Source: Reclinomonas americana ATCC 50394
Taxonomy: Eukaryota
NCBI GenBank assembly: GCA_048213135.1
Contig: PS015081.1
Coordinates: forward strand, 59,960-79,959
DNA: 20,000 bases
Direction: 5' to 3'
The position numbers were made by a program, and so were the translations under genes. This document shows, in pieces, positions 1-10,100 of the stretch. How positions within the stretch are numbered: position 1 is the stretch's first letter; every line of letters begins with the position of its first letter. Under the pieces are notes generated by a model. The model saw nothing but the letters and a program-made list of their open reading frames with translations. It did no database searches and was not told the origin of the DNA.

Positions 1-2468
1 GCTCCGGTTCGCCTGCGCAACAAAATGAAACAAAGTGAGAATCAACGCAGAGCGAGTGGCAGTGAGAACTGCGACGCACGCACCATCGCCGGTGAATGGC
101 AGCTGCCGAATCACGTCGAAAGCAATGATGAGCAGATTGACGGTGTCGGGGAACTTGGAGCACGTCTCCAGCATGCAGTACAGTGCACCGCGTCGCAGCA
201 GCACTTGCGGTGCGCCCTCTGATACAAAAACGCGAACAGAGTGTGAGAATCATGTGTTAGGGAAGGGTGATTCACCTGCAGTGGCAGAGCGCAACTCCTG
301 TCACACAGACGCTGTACTTGGGCCACGGCGGCCGTAGCCTCGTCCGCCAATCGACAGGCCGCCACTCGTCGCAACAAATCGTCGACTGGACTCTCGTCCG
401 ACCACAACACTGTGCGCACCACATGTGAATCAGACGGGAGAGAAAAGAGAAACGCGACGTTTATGACAACAACAACAACAACGAACAGTTGGAGGACATG
501 ACCGACTCCCAGTAGTGCGCCATCTATGAAGGTTCCCTCGTCAGCTACGACCGAGAAAGGAGAGGACGCACGAGCAGTGCCGACAGACCTCGCGTTCGTG
601 ATGCACATTGGCTTCCACGAACGAGGCCAACGCCGAGGTAATGTCGGCCACGCGCATCTTCTCGAATCTGTCGAGCTCCGGCGCAATGCTGGTGCGCACC
701 TGATCCACTCGCTCACGCGCCGTGTTCACTTGGTTCGCCAGCTAAGGTGCCCACACATAAGTCACCTGCGCTTATTATTGAGAAGAGATGGCAGTGACAG
801 ACCTTGTTAATGTCGGCATCCAGCCGGGTGACGGTCTTGCTGCCGGGTGCGGCCGCCGTCGCCAAGCCATCGCGCTTGACGTTCTTTTCTTGCAGCCGAC
901 GGCTGTCGAGGTCCACTTCGATCTGCATCTCCTCCGCGCGCTTCAGGTACAACTGTGCGCGCCCTTCAAAGTGAGTATCCCACGGTCGTGGATGCAAATG
1001 CAGCATGGCACATACCGCTGCCGCCTTGGCACTGCGCGACGCAAAGTCCATGTAGTCCAGCAGAGTCTCCTCCTCAAAGGCCTGCGACAAGGTGTGAGGA
1101 CGCGGGTCGGACACTCCCACTCGACGACACGCAGCGGCGCACCATGTTCATCTCGCGGTCACCCCACGTGGTGCACATGATTGCCAGGTCGCGCATGGCC
1201 AGAGCAATACGACCGTTGCCCTCGTTCGTGGACGGTGGTGCGAAACGAATGCCAGCCATTTCGCGGTTGGCCAGCTGTCGACACTCACCCAGTCAGCTTT
1301 CACGAATAAAACAGCATCAATAGAAGCAGAGAGCGCAACTCCTGAAAAGTGCTCGCCGATCTGAGTGACGGTCTGCCCGAGAGCTGTGCGTTGTCGACAG
1401 CAGTAAGGATCTCTCACCAAAAACCCACCTCAATCACAGTCGGCACTCACCCTTGCGAGTGTGCGTGTATTCGCGAGCCGCATCGACTGAACGTGAGTAG
1501 GCCGACTGCAGCTTGAGCAGGTTGTCACGGAACGCAGCCTGCAGTGGAGAGTGTGAGCGCGGCAGTCAACATTCCCACCACACTTTGCATCCCGCAACAT
1601 TGGAGGCCGCCAACTCCTTCTCCTCCTTGGACTTGCGACGGAAAAAGTTGCGCAGCGAGCTCATGATGGAGTCCTTCAGCGACTTGCGGTACACCTTGAC
1701 TTCCTCCACCGACAGGGCACAAATGTCCTCGTATTCCTGCGCACGTACGAGAGCGAATGAGCGATTGCATGTGTACGAGTCAAGGCGATCGACGCACCTT
1801 GTCCCAGGCGCTGAGGAACTTCAAAAAGTACTTGGAGCGACACAGTTCGGGAATGGCGGCGACCTTGGAGAGGAACAGCTGCAGCGCACGAGTGCGGTAC
1901 GAGTCAAAGTCGCGCACACTCAGTTGTTCTGTCGATGGCGGGCACGGATGAGTGCTGAGCGGGTGAACGCACACACAAGAGCAGACACACACACACCAAA
2001 GATATCCGAGTCCGGCAGCGGCGGCACAATGATGTGCACGTGCAGCTCGACCAGCGTGTCGTACACTGAAAAGCAGTCAGACACAACACTCTTGACAAAA
2101 CAAAGACGACAAGTCGCCTGCAACGCACGCCAACGAAAGTCGCTGAAGCGGCGGAACACAGTGAACTCCTTCAGAATGCCAAACGCATCCGAGTTGGTCT
2201 GCGCACATGTGTGAGCGACTGACAACTCCTTCCTACGCAGACAGCGACTGACCTTGGTCTTCACATTGTAGTACCACGTGTTGGAGAACGAGTTGAACTC
2301 GTGCTCAATGTTGAACTCAAAGTACACCTCCTCGGGCTGGGGTGTGCGAGGGATGAGTGAGAGAGAGAGTGATGCGAATCCATTGTGTGACTGACCGGGT
2401 CCTCATCGCTGATTGCTGAGCCTCCATGCACTCCGGATCCTGTTGCGGCACTCTACGCACACATGCAA

Positions 2469-2499
<31 letters not shown>

Positions 2500-2699
2500 C
2501 AAGCAAGCGCGGGAGATGAGCGCAATGCGAGCTCATGTCTGTTTTCGTCACAGCACACAGAAAGGGAGACACACGAGCAGTCACAGGCAATGCCTGTCTC
2601 TCACTCACATACACACACGCACGCCTGTGGAGAGAGAGAGAGACAGACACAGAGACAAGTGACACATTGAGTGCGACTGATGCACACCCCACGCACCAT
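1..2699 (-). CDS. PX-BAR sorting nexin (SNX-BAR family) with extra C-terminal helical extension; 3' end lies outside the window
   Basis: Modelled exons (- strand): 2699-2697 (ATG only, tentative), 2452-2396, 2336-2253, 2198-2129, 2065-1997, 1928-1798, 1736-1599, 1538-1451, 1383-1340, 1274-1143, 1081-1016, 952-803, 741-589, 523-487, 409-296, 218-84, 12-1. PX motifs: WYYNVKTK...FTVFRRFSDFRWLYDTL...IVPPLP...RTRALQLFL. BAR helices: ALGQTVTQIGEHFSGLANRE and ELDRFEKMRVADITSALASFVEANVHHEREMAHYWE. All junctions are GT-AG and frame-consistent. Confidence 0.88.
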
Positions 2700-2814
2700 G
2701 ATGTCGTGAGATGACTTGCACTCTCACTCACTCGCGCGATATAGCACACAACGCTCTTTCTCTCTTTTCCTCAAAGAAGCAAGATCGTCTTCGTCGCTGT
2801 GGGACAACTCGTAT

Positions 2815-4112
2815 TCACTGTCGACTTTGCACGGAACACAAAAAGCACAGCGACTGGGCATCCTCGCAGATGAAGCAGCGAAGGACTCGCAGCGGGAGTG
2901 GCTCTCCCTCGTCGACATCGTCGTCTTCGCGAGCGTGCAATTCGGCGAGAGCTTCGAGAGCTTGACGTATGCAGGCCAGTTCGCGATTCAGCAGGCGCAG
3001 TGCACTCCATGGACCTGCCAGTCGATGTTAACGCTATGGCAACTACCCAGTACTGCGTCGCCGTTGCGTACCTGTTGGCCACGTGAGGAAAGAGCCGGCG
3101 ACGTCGGTCGTCTCCTTGTACGAATACAGCGAAGGTGACCCGGGCTTCATCACAAACATCGTGCGATGGTACGTCCACGCGACGACCCGCAACGTGCTCA
3201 CTAGTGTGGCGCTTCTGGCGTGCCACACGCGGATGGATCCATCTGCGCGCAAGCGTTCACTCGTCAACGCAAAGCGGCAGAGCAGGCTTCCCTCACCCCG
3301 CACTCACCAAAGGACGAGCTGACAAAGAAGGCGCTGTCGTTCGTGAACGCCACATCCGCGACGCCCAGCTCGTGCTGACTGGTAGACGCCAGCAGGCGTA
3401 CGTCGCTCTCCAGCAACGCCCACACAAACAAGTGACCGGTGGGGTGACCGGTCACCAGCAGAGTCTCGTCGGGCGAGCATGCAGCGCATGTCAGCGAGTA
3501 CTGCATGGGCGGCGACTGCCACGACTGCAGCGTCTGCGTATCCCACCACTCCACGTCCGACGCCCGCATCACCAGCAGCAGCTGTCGATCCCCGTTCTCC
3601 AGCACCCTCAGAGGCGTGGCCGCCGTCGACTTCGGAAACACATTCAAACACTGCCCATCATCCGCACGCCACATGCGCACCGCCTCAGTGTGGGCGCTCG
3701 TGAACAGCAACTGCCCGTCTCTCGACGCCACCATACTCGTCACCAGTCGCGTGTGCCCCTCCCGCTGCCACACCACACGCCGAGTCGCCACCTCCCACAT
3801 AATCACCTGTCCAGGCACCTGTCGCCCATACCTGTACTGCACGCCATCCGCACTGCACAAGAGCGTTCCACCGCGCAGAAACAGCATGGCTGTCACGGGG
3901 TTGAGGTGCGCTTGCAACTCATGAACTGTGCGCATCTCCTCCTCCTCCTCCTTCTCCTCTATGAGATACACTGTGCGATCGCCAGCACCTATCGCGACCC
4001 ACGTGTCGCACACTGCCATGGAGCACACACCGTTCACTGTCGGCTCCCCCAGACTCACTTGCACATGCGGGTAGTGCGCGGCCGCAATCGCCTTCACTGT
4101 TGCTGTTCTCAT
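2815..4112 (-). CDS. WD40 repeat (beta-propeller) protein, about 391 aa
   Basis: Exons 4112-3308, 3242-3072 and 3014-2815 total 1176 nt and stay in frame. WD40-like units: LQAHLNPVTAMLF, REGHTRLVTSMVASRDGQLLFTSAHTEAVRMW, CSPDETLLVTGHPTGHLFVW. Splicing intron 3307-3243 completes FVSSSF/DGSIRVW. The last exon is less certain. Confidence 0.8.
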
Positions 4113-4177
4113 CGCGGAAGAGTGGAGAGATCTGTTGATTGGCAGTCTCTCTTGTCTTCTTCTTCTCTCTCTTTCCA
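4113..4177. promoter_or_regulatory. Putative bidirectional promoter between the divergent WD40 and S1P lyase start codons
   Basis: Only 65 bp separate the two ATGs. The spacer contains CGGAAG (4115-4120), an inverted CCAAT box (ATTGG, 4138-4142) and a CT-rich tract. Promoter function is inferred from gene geometry only. Confidence 0.5.
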
Positions 4178-6095
4178 ATGAGCGCTCTGCTGTGGATTGA
4201 GCACGCGATTGTGGCCGCGCTTGTGCTGTGGGCCATCAAGCAAGTGTACACCAAAGGTACGACGAGAACGCGAGCGAGAAAGAGAGTGAGAGTGTGTGCA
4301 TTGTCTGAGCAACACACACACAGGTCCTCGTGCGACCATTGGCAAGTTCCTTGTGCGCTTTGTGCGTGCCATCCCGTTTGCCGGAAACGCGATCAATGCA
4401 CAGCTCGGCTCTGAAGGTTTGCGCTTGTGTGACACTGTGCGTGCGTGCATGATCGTGTGACTGATTGCATGCATGCAGCGGAGAAAATGGTCGAGTCGAC
4501 CTTTGCGCAGATTGCCAAGCTGGAGCGGCTTCGTGCAGTGCCGCGACAGTCGTCGTCTGCGCAGGCAGTGCTGGGCAAGATCAATACGATGCGCGAGTGT
4601 GATAAGGATGCCTCGTGCGGGCGCACGTTTGCGTACACGTATGTGGTGTCGGAGGAGCATACGCACCTGCACAACGAGGTGACGGCCATGTATCAGCACT
4701 CGAATGCGCTCAATCCCATGGTGTTCAAGAGCCTGCGCAAGATGGAGACGGAGGTCGTGCGCATGGCGTGCACGATGTTGCATGGCGATGCGGATACGTG
4801 CGGTGTGATGACCACTGGCGGCAGTGAGAGTCTGGCCATGGCGATCAAGGCGTACAGGGATCGCGCGCGTGACACGGCGCCGCATATTGTCGAGCCAGAG
4901 ATCGTCATGTCCATTACTGCGCATCCGGCCATCGAGAAGGCCGCACACAACTTCAACATCAAGGTCACTTCTTCACTTGTGTGTCTCTTGCTTTTTGCGT
5001 GTACGTGGCTGACTGGCTGGAGGGCGTGTAGACCGTGTATGTGCCCATTGATCCGACGACATGCCAGCCACGCATCGACGACGTGCGTCGGGCCATCAAC
5101 CGCAACACGATTCTGGTGATTGGGTCGGCGCCGCAGTACCCACACGGCGTCATTGATCCGATTGAGGAGCTCGGCAAGCTGTGCGAGGAACATCGTCTGC
5201 CGCTGCATGTTGATGCGTGCGTCGGCGGCTTTGTGCTGCCATGGCTGGAGAAGCTCGGCTACGACATTCCGCTGTGGGATTTCCGCGTGCCGGCCGTCAC
5301 TTCCGTGTCACTCGACGCACACAAGGTGCTGCGATGTGGATGTGGCGAAGTCTGTTTGATATCCCTCACTCACTCGTGCGTTTATCATTTGTGCGGGGCG
5401 CAGTACGGCTACGCTGCCAAGGGTGCCTCGTGCATCCTGTACCGCTCCGACGAGTATCGCCAGTATCAGTTCTTTGTGTACGCCAACTGGCCCGGTGGTC
5501 TGTTCCTGTCCAGCACGCTGGTGGGCACCCGCGGTGGCCCCGGCATCGCATGCGCCTGGGCCACCATGGTCTCACTCGGCGAGGAGGGCTACATGGCGCT
5601 GGCCGATCGCGTCAAGAAGACGGCCGACAGCATGATGGACGAAGTGCGCCGGATCCCCGAGCTGCGCATCCTCGGCAAGCCGCACCTCACCGTCTTCTCC
5701 TTCACCTCGACTCCGGAATCCCGCCTCAACATTCTCTGCGTGGCCGACGAGATGGAGACGCGCGGGTGGACCATGGAGCGGCAGCAGAAGCCCGACTCGC
5801 TGCACTGCACCGTCACCCCACCGCACGCCAGCCGAGTGCAGGAGTTCGGCCGCGACTTGCGCGACTCGGTGGAGGCCGTGAAGCGCGATCCGGCCGCCGC
5901 TATGAAGAAGGGCTCGGCGGGAGCGTACGGTCTGCTGGCTAACATTCCCGGTGAGATCGAGAAGAAGAAGCACGTGGCGAATGTTGCGCTATGCAAACTC
6001 ACACAACAATCCCTTGCTCACACACACACACAGACGAGGCTGTCGCCGAGGACATGCTCCGCCAACTCTCCTGCAAGGTCTACAGCGACAAGTAA
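4178..6095 (+). CDS. SGPL1: Sphingosine-1-phosphate lyase (PLP-dependent), about 519 aa
   Basis: Exons 4178-4256, 4324-4416, 4479-4963, 5032-5325, 5404-5950, 6034-6095 (1560 nt). Hydrophobic N-terminal anchor. Family motifs: SNALNPMVFKSLRKMETEVVRM, MTTGGSES, TAHPAIEKAA, SAPQYPHGVIDPIEEL, LHVDACVGGF, DAHK/YGYAAKG (PLP lysine at the exon junction), WPGGLF. Confidence 0.95.
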
Positions 6096-6159
6096 ACATC
6101 AAAGAAGTCCTCCCAAAGTGTTGTCCCCGATCAGTCCCCCCACAGAGCACTCTCCTTCC

Positions 6160-7070
6160 ATGTCCGTGGACAAGGAGGATGCAGGGTGAGCACGGCGACA
6201 AGCACGAACACCCCTTGTGCACACACACTCACACGCACTCACTCACTGCAGGGCGGTCGCACGCTCGGGCTCCTACGCCGACACAGTCAGCAGATTGCGC
6301 GCAGCCAACAGTCGAGCACCGCCTCCACCACGCGGTAAGCACACACACACACACACACACACGTGTGTGCGAATGCATTGTGTGATGATGATGATGATTG
6401 TTATGTGATCTGTGCATGCAGCGGCGCATCGAACTCGACTGGCGTTTGTGCAGCCCGACGCTGGAGGCGCTCCGGACCCCGATGCCGCGCCTGTGTCACT
6501 GCCTCGCGCGCGGTCACAAGTGTCGACGAACAGCGGAGGCACTGGACTGCGTCGCAACATGTCCATGGGCGCAGTGGCCTCGGCGGCAGCAAATGGGAGT
6601 CTCGGATTGGGCGGTATGGCTGGAGGCTCGCATCCTGTTGCGTTGGTGCAGTGATGGGTGCAGGTGATGAGCCGCGCACTGAGAAAGTGCCTGCAGGATA
6701 TGACTGCGTTGAACAAGGAGGAGGAGGCCGAGTCGACCATGGAGCAGGCGTTGCTGGCTCCACGACGTTGCGCTGCTCCCGCACAGCTGGTGATGATGTG
6801 GGAGGGAAGTGATTGACGCTGTCTGTCTATCTATATGTGTGCAGCGGTGCCGAAACCTGAGAGCGAAGTCAGCACGGCAGTGACGATGCTGATTCACTCG
6901 GAGGATCTGAGTACGCACTCGTTGCTCATCAACCCCGATGTGTTCCCGCACCTGCGGTTACATAACATTGTGGAGCTCGGGTTCCCCAATGGACGGTCGG
7001 TGATGCTGCAGGTCACCACGATGCAGCGATTTCGAGGTGAGTCGAGAGGGTGACCAGGCAGAAGTTTATT

Positions 7071-7138
<68 letters not shown>

Positions 7139-10100
7139 TGTGTGTTCATAATGTCGTCGGTGCAGGCATCAACCAGCTCAGCGTGCACAAGAGTGTGGCC
7201 GACGCGTTTGGTGTGCGCGGTCGCATGGAGAATGTCACGGTGCGGGCGGTCGATCCGGAGATTGTCGGTCTCGACTTTATCGAGCTCTCGTTCAAGGAGC
7301 AATTCATATCGCGCTCCGACATGTGGCGCTTCATGCTGTACTTGCGAAACAAGTGCACGCATCGCACCAAGTTGTTTGTGTGGGCCGGCATGAGAGTTGC
7401 GTCGGCTTCTGCCTTTGCCTCTCTCCGCGTGGCGAGACTCACGCCCGTGCAGGCGCAAGTGGAGGAGCTGATGATGGATGGCACGGTGGTGGAGAGCGGC
7501 CTCATCACGCCGCACACCAAGGTCACGTTCCGCTCGCACTCGGCCAACTACATGTTCCTGTTCCAGATGAGCCGCGAAATGTGGCAGTATGCCGACGACG
7601 GTGATCTGCACTTTGAGAAGGCGGTGAATGGCTTCCTCAAAGAGGTGCACGATCGGTGGACGCGGTCGACCGCCTCGCATCACATGACGATTGTGTTTTG
7701 GTCGCGCTCATTCTTCTCCGAGGAGACGTTGCGTGCTGGAGCGAGTGTTGCGCCGCGAGAAAGAGTCGGCGGTTGGGCTGATGGTTGACTGTGCAGGGTG
7801 GCGGACATGCCGGAAGGAGAGCGCGCAGAGCTGTCCGAGGATGCATACGGGCGGCACTATCAGGACTTTTACAAGGTGGTGGTAGATCGGCAAGTGGTGC
7901 GCGAGTGGGACACTCTGCGGCGCGTCTTGAAGCACGAGTTCAATCAGTATCCGTCTCTGATTGGGTGGGATCCGCATGTATCGAAGGGTACGCACCTGCT
8001 TTCCGATGCTTTCTCTCTCTCATGTCGGTCACTCACTCTGCCACCTGCTGCCAGACGACCCGTTCTCGTCCACCATTGGCGAGAATTCAAACGCCGAAAA
8101 GGGCAATTTTCTTGAGGCACTGAACTTGACGCTGGACATTTTCGAGAGGGTGCGTGCCAGTGCAGCAGGAAAGGGTGCAGGTGTTCCAGGCGCGCTAACG
8201 CACACGTGTCTACACAGCATTACATCAATCGAGACCTGGCGCACACGGGCCAGTCGATTGTCATTGTCACCGCCGGTGTCGGCGTGTACGATGTGGATCG
8301 GTTACTGGCGCAGAGCACCAAGCGTCGCATGATCGACAATGGTATTGGATGCGATCTGGTGTGTATCTCGCAGGCCCCGCTGCATGCCGTCCCGCTGTTG
8401 CGGTACTCGGACGCGGAGTCATTGGTCTCCAGAACGCCGTTGAGTAGTAGTTGGTGTTGTTGATGTTGATGTGGCATTCGTGCAATGTTTGAGAGCTGGC
8501 AGCTTACTTCCTTCTGGCATTGCAGCAGCGACAGCCGGGTGGCGAGGTCGGCGTCGGCCAGTCGTGATCGAGAGGTTTCATCGTTTTGCTAGTGGCTGGA
8601 AAGTCTTGAGCTCACTTGACGTGTGTGCAGGGCTCGGTGTTCCACACGCCGCACTGGATGCGTATCTGCTTCTTCTCGTCCACCGTGTTCAACCCGCTGC
8701 CGCTGGATGCGAGGTTACAGGATATCTTTGTGCCACGCGCCCGCATGCCTGCTGCTCGAGGTGCGCATTGTGTGATGTGTGTGCACGCTGCCACGGAGCC
8801 GCTGACAGCTCCCACGCGCTGCTTCGCTCAGAGTACGCTTCGGAGCACGACGTCACCGGTGCCGGTGTTGGTGCCCCGCGTGCCGGCGACAGCATCATGC
8901 TGCCTTCATTCGTTGGTCTTGATGTGAGTGACGGCACAGGAAACAACGTGCATGCAGTATTACTCTGTTGTTGTTGACCATCCGCGCATACAGACTCTGA
9001 AGAAGGACGGCCGGTGGGACCACCAGATGTACGATGATTTCGTGTTCAGACCGGAGGCGTTTGGGAACGCCAGTGTTCCTTCCCCGCAGCAGAGTTGGGT
9101 TTTCCCTTGACGAGCATATTGTATTTGCTTTCTCACCTCTCTTTGCTTCGGGCAGGCATATCGCCCGTGCTGTATCGCTCTGGCAACTACGGCCGCAACG
9201 CACGCGTCCGGTCGTCCGGCGGCGCCAGTCCACCGCGAACGTTGCGACCGCCAACCTGCATCCCTCCCCATTCCCAGCCATTCACGGGCTTTTGTTTTTG
9301 CCACAGCACGGGCGGCATTCTGCGACACTCCTCCAGCAACTCGAGCCTGACGCAGCCCGACGGTCACAGCGACTGGGCGTCGGGTAGTGTCGGTGGTGTG
9401 CGCGGCGCAGGCAGCTCGATCACCACTGGCTCAGGGTCGGCCAACGATCGCAAATTCTCCGGCCTGACGCTCGCCCTGATGCGAGCGGGTGAGTCGGGAA
9501 TGCCGTCAGAGGCCCCCGATGCGATGGATGCTGGTGCAGTGGACGAGGATGGTGCAGCGCCGTGGCCGTTCTACTCGACAGAGGACGGCTCGGCCATGCC
9601 GCCGCCTCCAGTCCGCTCGTCGGTCGACCGTGATGCGCGCCGCGGACGGAGTGGATCCGTCAGCGGGCAGCCGCAGTTGCTGCAGCCGAGTGCCTCTGCC
9701 ATGCCCGCCAATGCACGATTCAACAGCACTGGCGGAAGTAGCATCACGCGGCGTGACCACATTCCCATTCGCCCCTCCATAACACCGGGCTCGTCGCCTC
9801 TTGCCGGCTCACCACTCAGTTTCAGTGGAGTGCACGACGATCCGCTGCGCCGGTCCGCCACCTCGGCACTATCCAACACCCGCATTGCTGCGGTGACTGC
9901 CAATGTGGTCAATCGTGCGTGACCTTCCATGCACAGAGGGAAGCACGCTGCTCGTTGCTCACATCCGTCTCGGTGTTGCAGCTTTTGTGGGTGCCAAGAA
10001 AGGCAGTCGCCGCAATGCCGGCTCGTCACGACCGCCACTTGCCGGCTCCACGCACTCGCACAGCGCAGTAAGCAGTCCGACCACCACACCACCACCCGAG

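Noticed and set aside
3135-4948. Long antisense ORFs 3135-4181 (+) and 4109-4948 (-)
   Set aside because: They overlap the WD40 and S1P lyase exons on the opposite strand, have no recognisable motifs, and are expected in GC-rich coding DNA.
6614-6663. Canonical-looking DEPDC5 intron G|GTATGG...GTGCAG
   Set aside because: It leads into a less protein-like frame. The GTTGCG introns 6637-6696 and 6767-6844 give a cleaner continuous frame, though the alternative is not formally excluded without cDNA.
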